Shown here: piece by piece, positions 21,875-30,599 of the stretch
How the letters are laid out: every line of letters starts with the position of its first letter
Numbering within the stretch: position 1 is the stretch's first letter
DNA from: Cyanophora paradoxa CCMP329
Lineage: Eukaryota; Plantae; Glaucophyta
NCBI GenBank assembly: GCA_004431415.1
Contig: QPMI01000218.1
Location: forward strand, 55,628 to 119,627
Direction of reading: 5' to 3'
Length of the DNA: 64,000 nucleotides
Notes under the pieces: generated by a model
What the model saw: only the letters and a program-made list of their open reading frames with translations
Databases searched by the model: none
Told to the model about the DNA's origin: nothing
Translations under genes and position numbers: made by a program

Positions 21875-22288
21875 ATGGCGAAACCCAAGATCTCGAACCA
21901 AGAGGCAATGGCGGCACAGCAGGAAAAGCGCAGACCCGGAAGACCGAAGAAGGTGATCACAGAAGAGGAGAAAGCGGAGAGATTAAGACTAAAACGCGAG
22001 AAAGATGCAGAGCGGCAGCGAAACAAGCATCAGAGACAAAAGCAAGAGCGATTAGCCGCCGGAGAGGCTACTATATTCACACCGGAACAGCTACAAAAGA
22101 TTGCAATTCGTAAACAGCAGCGATACCAAGACGATGAAGAGTATCGGGAGAAAATCAGAGAGAAGGCAAGGGAATACCAACGCAGAAAGAGAGCGGAACG
22201 CAAGCTGAACCCACCCGCTAAACCTCAGCCGCAAAAGCCCGCTGGAAGACCCCGAAAGCATGTGGTCGAGAAAGCGAAAAATCCGTAG
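21875..22288 (+). CDS. Basic DNA-binding protein with two AT-hooks and a charged helix
   Basis: KRRPGRPKK and PAGRPRK; promoter motif at 21854. Confidence 0.75.
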   Translation: MAKPKISNQEAMAAQQEKRRPGRPKKVITEEEKAERLRLKREKDAERQRNKHQRQKQERLAAGEATIFTPEQLQKIAIRKQQRYQDDEEYREKIREKAREYQRRKRAERKLNPPAKPQPQKPAGRPRKHVVEKAKNP

Positions 22289-22415
22289 CGGAAAGTATCC
22301 GCACGATGCAAAAAATGATTAATTTTTTACCTCCCTTTTTATTCCCCGTATCCGTCAAAAAAGCACTTAAAGAATTGGCGACAAGGGTATGAAAAGGAGA
22401 ATTTGGTAGATTGCG

Positions 22416-22435
22416 CCGAAATTATTTTCTCCGGT
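22416..22435 (+). promoter_or_regulatory. Viral promoter-like motif CCGAAATTATTTTCTCCGGT
   Basis: Identical 20-mer at 28182-28201; core TATTTTCT also at 21274, 21854 and upstream of both MCP copies, always shortly before an ATG. Confidence 0.7.
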
Positions 22436-22457
22436 TATTTTAAAAGAACTAATAGAG

Positions 22458-25400
22458 ATGCCGCGCGCAACCAACAGAATCGCTAACAATGTTCGGGATG
22501 AAATTATCGGATACATTATGCAGGGATTGAGTCAGGATTTGCTAACCGAAGAACAGGCGCATTGGGCGATGCACAACACAATGAATCGGAAGCCCAAGCT
22601 CCAAACGCTGATCGACATTCGGGATACTCTGAATGGCATCATTAATCCCCGCGTTTTCCGCAGGGCAGAGCGGAAAGAGAAGCGCGCCGCTCGCACCCAA
22701 GTTAATATAGAAAAGCAAAAGCAAAAAGAACAAGAGGCGAAGCGTTTACAGCGCTTCGATCGCAAGCAAGAAAAGAAGCGGGCGAAAGAAGCGAAGCTCG
22801 AAGCGAAGCAGCAGAGAGGTAAACTAAAAGCGGTAGAGGATGCGATTAAGCGCACTATTCTCGATCCAATCGCCCAATATGATCCGGAAACTCTCGCAAC
22901 AATTACGTTCAAGCTATGGGGACCTGGATCCGGTGCTCGGTCGTCGGAGGTAATTGTTATTCCCGGAATTCCCGAATTAAATATACCAGACAGAACCTTT
23001 GTCACCTACCGCAATATAAGAGAGACAGTTTCGGTGAGTGTGTTGCGAAGCTTTGCTCTGGCGAAAATGGATAGAATGTCTCAAATTCTAATTAGACCGG
23101 GTCAAGTTCGTCATGATTGGCATGAGAGCGAATCAATCTTCGATTTACTCGAAAACTACGATGAATTGAAGATTCGTCTGGGAACTTTCGGACAAGCATA
23201 CGAGATGTTCTTCTTTAAGACACCACCAACCGAGGAACAGAAAAAACTACGCAAAGGTTTCGATGATTTTGGCGGCAGTGTCGATGATGCCTTTATAACT
23301 GTTCATGAGGTCGCGATCGATGGGGATGAAGGTGTCGAGGACGATGGAGCCGGTGCTATACCTGGCAATCGCTATGAGTTTCTGGATGAGGAGCTTATGG
23401 ACAGTATGCGATGCACCGCGATTATGAGCAAATTCACAGACTACACATTAAATCCAAACGCGTCTGAGTTCGAAGATATTATTGAGCTTCCCAAATCATC
23501 GACATCTAACGCTTGCGGCTACGATATGATCATCTCCACATGGGGAGCGTCCATTAAGAAGTGTCAGGAGGCGCCAAAACCGCGATATACTGACTTAACT
23601 ATGTCGTACGACGGTCTCTATAAATTCTTTCACGGTCGTGAACGCACACCTGGCGACTCTCTGGCTCTCACGCTCCGCCACATCGAGAAATTCTGTAAGA
23701 GAATTCAGACAGGCTTCCGCGTCTTTGATGTCGACGGAAAGTTAATATACAAATTCGCGGCGGAATCAATTAACAAAAACATCTTTCCCCGCAATATTCA
23801 CTTTATGATTCACAACAAGCACATCTATATATTCAACGATAACATCAAGTCGCTCGAAATGCGCATGGCAAAGATGGAGGTCGAAGAGCTCGATAATCAT
23901 GTTCCTAAGTCGACCTCTTCGTTAGCACTCTATAAAATTCCGACGTGTCTTACTCACGATATCTTCGCGCACACATCCAAGGATCTGTTAAAGATCACGC
24001 AATTAAAACTATCGCCCGACGAGCGCAGTTTCATCCGCATTCTGTATACTGGGCGCGAAGGTCTGGAAGGTCTTCTATTTACGTTCCTGAAAATGCGATA
24101 TGAACCCGCAGTGAAGCTAACACCATCGAAACAGATCGACAGCATCACATTCAAAGCTAATGGCTCGATGTTCTCTATCAAAGATCCACGCACAACAGAC
24201 CACTTTATTGAGCAAGATTTCGAAACAGAAGAGTATTATAATAAGGTCTGTGAAATCGGTAAGGGTTTCCGCGAGTCGCTTCTAAATGCGACGAATATCT
24301 CACATTACAGCCCGAACATGCGCGAAATTCTCACGCACTACAAGCGATCCGCACTAAGTGGCTTTTTCTATAAGCCGAACCCGAAAGCCACCTACACAGC
24401 TGTCGATATGGCGAAGTGCTACCCTTCGATACTGAAAGGCATGCAATATCTTCCGAAATACAATGTGTTTGATGACTTCGTTCCCTTTAAAGCGGGAAGC
24501 GATATTCTCGAACACGCGATCTACTACGTGCGTGTCGTTGCGTTTGAGAGAGAGCAAGCGACTTTCGCCGACGATGAGGATGTAGATTATGATGCCGCCA
24601 TGTCTCGCAAGATTGATGGAATCGAAATTATTCTGGATCGCGCATTTTCCGTGAGTGGTCGCTGTTATAATTTCATGACAGGCTACACTCTCTCCATGCA
24701 CTGGGCGGACGTAAAGGACAAGATAGAGATTATCGCGGTCGCGGAGCCTTCGCATTTGGTGCCCAATATGTCGATCGCTGAGATGAAGAAAGTGCTGTCA
24801 AGCGACATTCAAACCACGGACAAGAAACACATTTTAGTGAAAGAGATCGGAATGCTCGGCAAATTCCAAGACTCGCAAACATCCACGAAAATGTTCTACA
24901 ACCGTGCCGAGGCTGAGAGGTTCGCCCAAGAATGCGGAGGAACAGTAGAGGTGTTTACTTTCAATCCTAAGAATTCGAAACGTGTCAAAACTCTTAGCGA
25001 ATTCGAAGGTCACATCTATTTCGTTAAGATCAGCTCCCACCGCGAGCTCGTTAACGGATTCCTTCCTATCCACTTTCATATTTACGATCGTAACCGCGCT
25101 AATATGTTTGCGCAATACAAGCGCCTGACAGCGCGCGGGCACAAGGTTGCCGGGATCAGAACGGACTGTCTTTATATCGAAGGTTCATGGACAAGTAAGA
25201 AAGAGTTCGACCGAAATGCGTTTGAGAACATGGGCAAATTCAGCTATATTCCCGGGAAAAGATGCCCTGAGAATGCACTCCGCCCACCACGGGGTGTAAC
25301 TCTCGAATTTCAGGATCCCGAGACACTCATTAACCGGTTCTCGCTGAGGGACGAATTTAATCCGGAGTGCTTTAATTGGGTTGCGAAGCTCCATAATCGT

Positions 25401-26774
25401 ATGCTTGTCCTTGCTGACATGCCCGGAAGTGGAAAGTCGACACTCGGTATTAACTGTTTCGCATCTCAAAAGTCAAATTGCTTAGTTATTTGCCCCTATA
25501 ACAAACAGTGCGCAGAGCTAAGGGACTCTCTCAAAGTCCGCGGAATCGAGAATATTACCGTTCGTACTTTGTATAATGTTCTCGGGATCCGTGTCTCAAA
25601 TGATCAGACCTACGAAGAGGCTATGAGCGAAAAAGACCAGAGGGCGTTCGTATCTGAGTTCAGCCACATTATGTTCGACGAGATATTTGCGTATTCCGTA
25701 AAAGATCTCGCTAAGATCAAGTCGTTTATCGATCGCTATCCGGATATCAAATATTTGGCTAATGGCGATACCTATCAGAACGAACCAATTAATGACGAGC
25801 TCTCGGTTTCTGATCGCAAGGGCTACTATAAGCGCGCTGTGCAGAGCATGTTCCCTAATGTCCTGAGTCTACGCATTAACAAGCGGCACAAGAAGGAGAC
25901 AGACCGTGAATTAATTCGGGCGATTAAAGAGGATCTCTTCGAAAACGGACTCGAAGCCGCACAGATTATCTCGAAATACGGGTTGCCGACAATTAATGAT
26001 CTAAGCGCCATTCCCGACGGCTACTTTGGCATCGCTTACAGAAACGAAATGACCTTAGCCTATAACAAACTGATGCACGATAGACGAAAAGTAAATATTG
26101 CAACCGTAGAGGTCAACGGCATCAAATTCTACAAGGGTTTGGAGGTCGTTTGTCGCAGGTATCTACGCATTTCGCGGTCTGAGGGTGAGTCTATTAACGC
26201 ATACACAAATTACACCTATCGGATCACCAAAATCACCAAGCAAATGGTCACATTAACTGACGTCTTCGATGGCGTCACGTTCGAGGTTCCGTGCGCGATG
26301 TTAGAACATTTTTCTCTCCCTTATGCAGGAACAGGTCATTCAACGCAAGGTCTCACACTTGATTCGGGCATTGTCATTTGTGAGGCTACGTTCCGCTATA
26401 CCACTCGCGAATGGTTCTATACCGCGCTCACTCGTAACCGCGATCTGTCTACTGTGCTGATTTATACACCGATTCACAAGTTCCAAGGAAAGAGTGACTA
26501 CATCGAGTATCTGAAAGGGAAGATCCGCGGTTACAAATGCCAGGATCAGCGTGCCGGGCGCGATTTCGATGAGGCGGATTATATTACGCCGGAGTGGATA
26601 TTAGAGCGCAAGAAGCAACAGAAGGGCGCCTGTGCGCTCTGTTCCCTTCCTATTCCGACTGAGCCACAAGATCCGAATTACAAGCTCGTCGTGGATCGCA
26701 TAAACAACAGGCGCCCACATCTTAAAGACAATTGCCAGCTCGTGCATCACGGGTGCAATTGCAGCAAAAAATAA
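22458..26774 (+). CDS. Fusion of family-B polymerase-like domain, SF1 (RecD/Pif1-like) helicase and C-terminal HNH nuclease
   Basis: PolB motifs AVDMAKCYPS (A), KHILVKEIGMLGK (B), IRTDCLY (C); helicase MPGSGKST, FDE, GDTYQN, TGHSTQGLT, YTALTR; CALC...VDRINNRRPHLKDNCQLVHHGCN. Confidence 0.88.
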   Translation: MPRATNRIANNVRDEIIGYIMQGLSQDLLTEEQAHWAMHNTMNRKPKLQTLIDIRDTLNGIINPRVFRRAERKEKRAARTQVNIEKQKQKEQEAKRLQRFDRKQEKKRAKEAKLEAKQQRGKLKAVEDAIKRTILDPIAQYDPETLATITFKLWGPGSGARSSEVIVIPGIPELNIPDRTFVTYRNIRETVSVSVLRSFALAKMDRMSQILIRPGQVRHDWHESESIFDLLENYDELKIRLGTFGQAYEMFFFKTPPTEEQKKLRKGFDDFGGSVDDAFITVHEVAIDGDEGVEDDGAGAIPGNRYEFLDEELMDSMRCTAIMSKFTDYTLNPNASEFEDIIELPKSSTSNACGYDMIISTWGASIKKCQEAPKPRYTDLTMSYDGLYKFFHGRERTPGDSLALTLRHIEKFCKRIQTGFRVFDVDGKLIYKFAAESINKNIFPRNIHFMIHNKHIYIFNDNIKSLEMRMAKMEVEELDNHVPKSTSSLALYKIPTCLTHDIFAHTSKDLLKITQLKLSPDERSFIRILYTGREGLEGLLFTFLKMRYEPAVKLTPSKQIDSITFKANGSMFSIKDPRTTDHFIEQDFETEEYYNKVCEIGKGFRESLLNATNISHYSPNMREILTHYKRSALSGFFYKPNPKATYTAVDMAKCYPSILKGMQYLPKYNVFDDFVPFKAGSDILEHAIYYVRVVAFEREQATFADDEDVDYDAAMSRKIDGIEIILDRAFSVSGRCYNFMTGYTLSMHWADVKDKIEIIAVAEPSHLVPNMSIAEMKKVLSSDIQTTDKKHILVKEIGMLGKFQDSQTSTKMFYNRAEAERFAQECGGTVEVFTFNPKNSKRVKTLSEFEGHIYFVKISSHRELVNGFLPIHFHIYDRNRANMFAQYKRLTARGHKVAGIRTDCLYIEGSWTSKKEFDRNAFENMGKFSYIPGKRCPENALRPPRGVTLEFQDPETLINRFSLRDEFNPECFNWVAKLHNRMLVLADMPGSGKSTLGINCFASQKSNCLVICPYNKQCAELRDSLKVRGIENITVRTLYNVLGIRVSNDQTYEEAMSEKDQRAFVSEFSHIMFDEIFAYSVKDLAKIKSFIDRYPDIKYLANGDTYQNEPINDELSVSDRKGYYKRAVQSMFPNVLSLRINKRHKKETDRELIRAIKEDLFENGLEAAQIISKYGLPTINDLSAIPDGYFGIAYRNEMTLAYNKLMHDRRKVNIATVEVNGIKFYKGLEVVCRRYLRISRSEGESINAYTNYTYRITKITKQMVTLTDVFDGVTFEVPCAMLEHFSLPYAGTGHSTQGLTLDSGIVICEATFRYTTREWFYTALTRNRDLSTVLIYTPIHKFQGKSDYIEYLKGKIRGYKCQDQRAGRDFDEADYITPEWILERKKQQKGACALCSLPIPTEPQDPNYKLVVDRINNRRPHLKDNCQLVHHGCNCSKK

Positions 26775-26792
26775 ACAGGTTTAATTAGAAGA

Positions 26793-28175
26793 ATGTCACG
26801 GATCGTTAGAAGGGTAGCGGGCGAGGAGACAGAGACCACCATACTACCTATCGCGGTTCCTGAAACTGAGCAAGTCCCCCAAAAAATCACAAAACGCCAA
26901 GCAAAATCAAATTTATTAGGAGATGTTCCTTTTAGCATTGCTAACCCGTCCTCTAAGATCGTGCGCCGCATGTATGACCCAAAAACAGGTTTTAAGAACC
27001 CATCGGCATTGTACGAAGAGCTGAGAAAAGAGGACAAGACCCTCACACTGAAAGAAGTGCAAGATGTCGCAGCGAAACAAGAATTTATGCAGATCAACAA
27101 GAAGCCCCCCGCACCGACCCAAACCGCTTTTATTCCCATCACAGCCCCGCCGTGGTGCTACCAAGCCGATCTCATCTTTTATCTCTCATATGGCAGCTAT
27201 AATTCCGGCTACATTGCAGTCCTTACTCTCATCGAGATGACAAGCCGAAAAGCATATGCCAAGAAGTTAAAGAATAAGGAGGGCGCAAGTGTTGCCGCCG
27301 CTTTTGCGGAGATGCTCACAGAGCTTCCGGCTCCAATGATTCGATTGGAGACAGATAACGGTTCGGAATTCATCGCGAAGGAGTTTCAGGAGGTCGTAAA
27401 AAATAATGGAATAGAGCACCGCTTTAAACAGGTCGGAGATCACACTTCTCTGGGAATAATGAATCGCTTTCATTTGACCTTAAAAACGATGATAAACAAT
27501 TACTGTGTCGCTTATAATACAGTTCGATTCATGGACAAATTGGACGACTTCGTTTTCAATTATAATAACACCATTCACAGAACCATAGGAATGAAACCCG
27601 GGGATGTTAAGCTTTCTGATATGGAGCGGATCCGAGCGGCTATTATTTCAAGGAAGAACACAATCGTAAAGGATATATTCAGCGACTTTAAGCCGGGTCT
27701 CCACGTCCGTGTATTATTGCCGAGATCAAAGTTTGATAAAGGAGCAACACAAAGGTATAGCCGAGAGGTCTACAAAATTGCGGGAAGGAGAGGAAACGCG
27801 ATAGAGGTGCAAGATGCAGCGGGGAACGTAATGCCGAAGCTTTTTAAGCCGCACGAATTGCAAATCATTACAGAGGTCGAGGCTGTGGTGGAGCCATCAG
27901 GCAACGCTATTTTAGCGGCTGATGTAGAGGCAGCTTCGATCCGGCAGGTTCAAAAAGAAGGCATAGATGTCGCCGCAAGTGTTCCAAAAGGCGCATTATT
28001 GGAAGATCGCGCAGAAAAGACAAAGAGGGCGCTGAGAGAGCTCGCTAAATTAACGATCGCGGGAACTGAGAAGCTCTCAGAGGTAAACAGTCAGCGGTGG
28101 TATAAATCATTCAAGAATCAGAGCGCAAGCTACACAGCCCCTACTACGCGCATTCTTCGGTCTTCTCGTTCATAA
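26793..28175 (+). CDS. Retroviral-type (rve) integrase of Polinton/PLV type
   Basis: YQADL, ETDNGSEF, GIMNRFHLTLK, YNNTIHRTIGMKP, FKPGLHVRV...KFDKG...YSREVYKI. Confidence 0.92.
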   Translation: MSRIVRRVAGEETETTILPIAVPETEQVPQKITKRQAKSNLLGDVPFSIANPSSKIVRRMYDPKTGFKNPSALYEELRKEDKTLTLKEVQDVAAKQEFMQINKKPPAPTQTAFIPITAPPWCYQADLIFYLSYGSYNSGYIAVLTLIEMTSRKAYAKKLKNKEGASVAAAFAEMLTELPAPMIRLETDNGSEFIAKEFQEVVKNNGIEHRFKQVGDHTSLGIMNRFHLTLKTMINNYCVAYNTVRFMDKLDDFVFNYNNTIHRTIGMKPGDVKLSDMERIRAAIISRKNTIVKDIFSDFKPGLHVRVLLPRSKFDKGATQRYSREVYKIAGRRGNAIEVQDAAGNVMPKLFKPHELQIITEVEAVVEPSGNAILAADVEAASIRQVQKEGIDVAASVPKGALLEDRAEKTKRALRELAKLTIAGTEKLSEVNSQRWYKSFKNQSASYTAPTTRILRSSRS

Positions 28176-28214
28176 CAAACCCCGAAATTATTTTCTCCGG
28201 TAAATATAAAAGAG

Positions 28215-28528
28215 ATGGAGGGTGAAAAGTATTATGTTGATATTCCGTTTGATAAAAAAGACGTTGCGAAATCCCTCGGTGGAAAGTGGGATCGTGAGAA
28301 TTCATGCTGGTATGTCATGAAGAAAGATCACCCCTATGCTCTCAGTTCAAAACTCTAAGCTATGAGCAAGTGTATCAAAGAAACGTGAAGGTTTACCTCG
28401 ATATTCCTTATGAATTTAAGGATCAAGCGAAGGCTGAGAAAGCCCGCTGGGATCCCGTTATGAAATCCTGGTATGTCATGGGTCTCGATCACCCGCTAAT
28501 GGGCAAGTTTCCGATCAAGGAGCATTAA
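28215..28528 (+). CDS. Tandem DUF5710-like protein (frameshift at CCCC 28331-28334)
   Basis: YVDIPFDKKDVAKSLGGKWDRENSCWYV and YLDIPYEFKDQAKAEKARWDPVMKSWYV are two copies of one domain; adding one C joins them. Confidence 0.75.
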
Positions 28529-28553
28529 ATATATCTGTCGTTTTTTTCATTTT

Positions 28554-28946
28554 TTATGAAATTGGGAACCTTTGCTCGACCTGTAAGTCCCACTTTCGCA
28601 CTTTCAGCCTTTCCTGTATGAGTTCGTTAATGTCCCGTGCTATACCCATCGTCTTTGCTTCGGCATTTGAGCCGCATGTAAAGATATCGATCGCTAATAG
28701 CCCCTGGTCGCTATAAGAGTGAGCTGTGGCATGCGACTCATCTAATAGAAAGCCAATCGCGAAACCGGGAGGGGAAATAGAGCCATCGAAAATGCAAGTG
28801 TGCTGGTGCACGATGCGCATATTGCGATCTGTGATATATTGCGATAGGTTCGCTGTGATCCACTCGGCGCATGCCTCCGGGGACTCAGTGAACGGCTCGG
28901 TTATATAGTCGAGCATAACGTGGTAGCCGCGGTATCGGGAATCCAT
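28554..28946 (-). CDS. speH: S-adenosylmethionine decarboxylase proenzyme (short prokaryotic type)
   Basis: GYHVMLD, F...PPG, LLDESHATAHSY (E-S-H autocleavage/pyruvoyl site), IDIFTCG. Confidence 0.88.
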   Translation of the reverse strand: MDSRYRGYHVMLDYITEPFTESPEACAEWITANLSQYITDRNMRIVHQHTCIFDGSISPPGFAIGFLLDESHATAHSYSDQGLLAIDIFTCGSNAEAKTMGIARDINELIQERLKVRKWDLQVEQRFPIS

Positions 28947-29169
28947 TATTAATTATTTGACACATATTTTAATGACCCTATGATATCTACATGTGCGTGC
29001 TGGTCTCGTCAAGACGGTCACGGCGCTATTTTTGGTTTTGCGAGGCGATGAGCTGGTGAAGAGATACAAGCGTTTAACGGTTTGTGGTGCGGTTTCGTTT
29101 GTTTTTCGAGTTTTGTTAGTTTTGCTGTTTTGTTTGTTTTTTGTTTGCCTTTTGTTTGGTTTTTTTTGC

Positions 29170-29440
29170 ATGTGACACCTGTCAATAGAAACGACAGCTG
29201 TCGACACCTGTCAATAGAAACCTGTCTCTTATCCGGTATCCCCGGTGTCTCCTTTATGGTATCCCCGGTGTCTCCTTTATGAATAGAACTGTCTCCTTTT
29301 AGGTATCCCCCCTGTCACTCATGAATGCTATATTACAATTACAAGCCGTCAGCATTACAATTACAATTACAAGCCGCTAGACAAGCCTAGACAAGCCTAG
29401 ACAAGCCTAGACAAGCCGCCTCGACAAGCCTAGACAAGCC
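29170..29440. repeat. Subterminal repeat arrays of the PLV
   Basis: GACACCTGTCAATAGAAAC x2 (29174, 29203); GGTATCCCCGGTGTCTCCTTTAT x2 (29235, 29258); TACAAT and CTAGACAAGC tandem arrays. Confidence 0.9.
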
Positions 29441-29803
29441 TCCTCGCCCTGCTTGCGATTGGTTGAACATCGAAAAACACTTCAAAAACTACTTTCTGGC
29501 ATGCTATATGTTTTCGGAATCGCCGCGATGTGATGACCCCGAATATGTCGGTGACGCCGGTATATATATGTATATGTCGTCATATGCGAAAAAAAACAAA
29601 AAAAACCAAAAAATTCAAAGTTGTGCGGGATCACACACACGGAGGTTCGGACATATATACGAAATATATACATGACTGAATTGTTTATTTTTCATAGAAC
29701 TCGCATGTAGTTTGCATGTATCTTGCATAGTGGGCGGGGCGCGAGTCGCGAGTGTAAACGTGGTCTATCGTCGTACTTTGTCGGTGGGGCTTACCTTGAT
29801 CTC

Positions 29804-29856
29804 GCAAGTTTGTGCAGGTGGGCATTTTCGGCATGCTTGCTCATGCACAAACTTGC
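29804..29856 (-). terminator. Long hairpin downstream of the Zn-finger gene
   Basis: 13-bp perfect stem GCAAGTTTGTGCA/TGCACAAACTTGC plus an inner imperfect stem. Confidence 0.45.
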
Positions 29857-29891
29857 TTTAAAAAATACAAATCTCATTTTAAAATCATAAA

Positions 29892-30215
29892 TTAGCTCGT
29901 CCGAGTCTCACTATAACACTGTCGGCATTTGTAGTAGAGACCATCCTTCGTGCTTTGTTTTTTATTATACTCGCTTGCAGGCTTCTCAATCTTGCAATCG
30001 GGGCATATTTTCGATTGTACTTCGATTTTCGGACGCGTTTTTAAGACTTTGTGATACAGGTCAAGGTGATAGTCGCGGTTGCACTCGATGCATCTTGGAT
30101 TCAATGCGACATTACCAGTTTTTAATTTACGCAAACCAAAACACGATGCAGGTCTATCTACTTTGCAGATAGTGCATTGCTTACTTTTGGGTAGTGGGAG
30201 TTGATTGCTCGGCAT
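29892..30215 (-). CDS. Tandem CxxC...CxxC Zn-finger protein (107 aa)
   Basis: KQCTICK...RCIEC and KICPDCKIEKP..EY...DGL...CRQC; start at ATG 30215. Confidence 0.75.
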   Translation of the reverse strand: MPSNQLPLPKSKQCTICKVDRPASCFGLRKLKTGNVALNPRCIECNRDYHLDLYHKVLKTRPKIEVQSKICPDCKIEKPASEYNKKQSTKDGLYYKCRQCYSETRTS

Positions 30216-30364
30216 CTTTATAGCTATATAGCGGGAAATCTTTAAGTGGGGATAAACGCATTTCATATGTTGATTTACGCTATCGGTGGGGGTCACCTTG
30301 ATTTTTCAATTTGGGTAACTGAAAACAGTTTGGAAACGATTGGGAACATTTCGTAAAAATATGG

Positions 30365-30565
30365 GTCTTACTGTCCTTACTGAGATATCGAGAGAGGGTT
30401 TTAGGGCTTACTGGGAATGGTAAGGAATTAGAAAAATGAAGAATGGAAGGGTTTCGTGATTGGTTTCAGTAAGGAGAGGTTAGATGTTTGAAAAATACAG
30501 TGCTATTTTATAGTTTGTTACTGAGCCTTACTGAGAAATTCGAAAATGGATAATGGGCTTACTGA
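30365..30565. repeat. Terminal dispersed CTTACTG repeats
   Basis: About six (C)TTACTG copies plus one inverted CAGTAAG in the last ~200 bp of the element. Confidence 0.75.
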
Positions 30566-30599
30566 ATGTGGTAGTGGGGAAGGAAAGAAGAGGGCGCGC

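Larger units (their letters stand above)
1..30590. mobile_element. Endogenous Polinton-like virus (integrated dsDNA virus); left end outside window, right end approx. 30575-30590
   Basis: Intronless compact cluster with MCP, two penton-like genes, A32 ATPase, PolB-helicase and rve integrase; repeat-rich terminal region; abrupt switch to intron-containing host DNA after ~30590. Confidence 0.92.

Noticed and set aside
29170-29440. CRISPR-like array
   Set aside because: Tandem units without unique spacers, eukaryotic viral context, no cas genes
28953-29675. Small ORFs in the T-rich and terminal region
   Set aside because: Low-complexity translations with no motifs; likely non-coding
1-30590. 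Classical Maverick/Polinton or virophage with adenain-type maturation protease
   Set aside because: No such protease motif seen in the window (it could lie left of it), the polymerase is not a canonical pPolB, and the MCP is shorter than and unlike virophage MCPs
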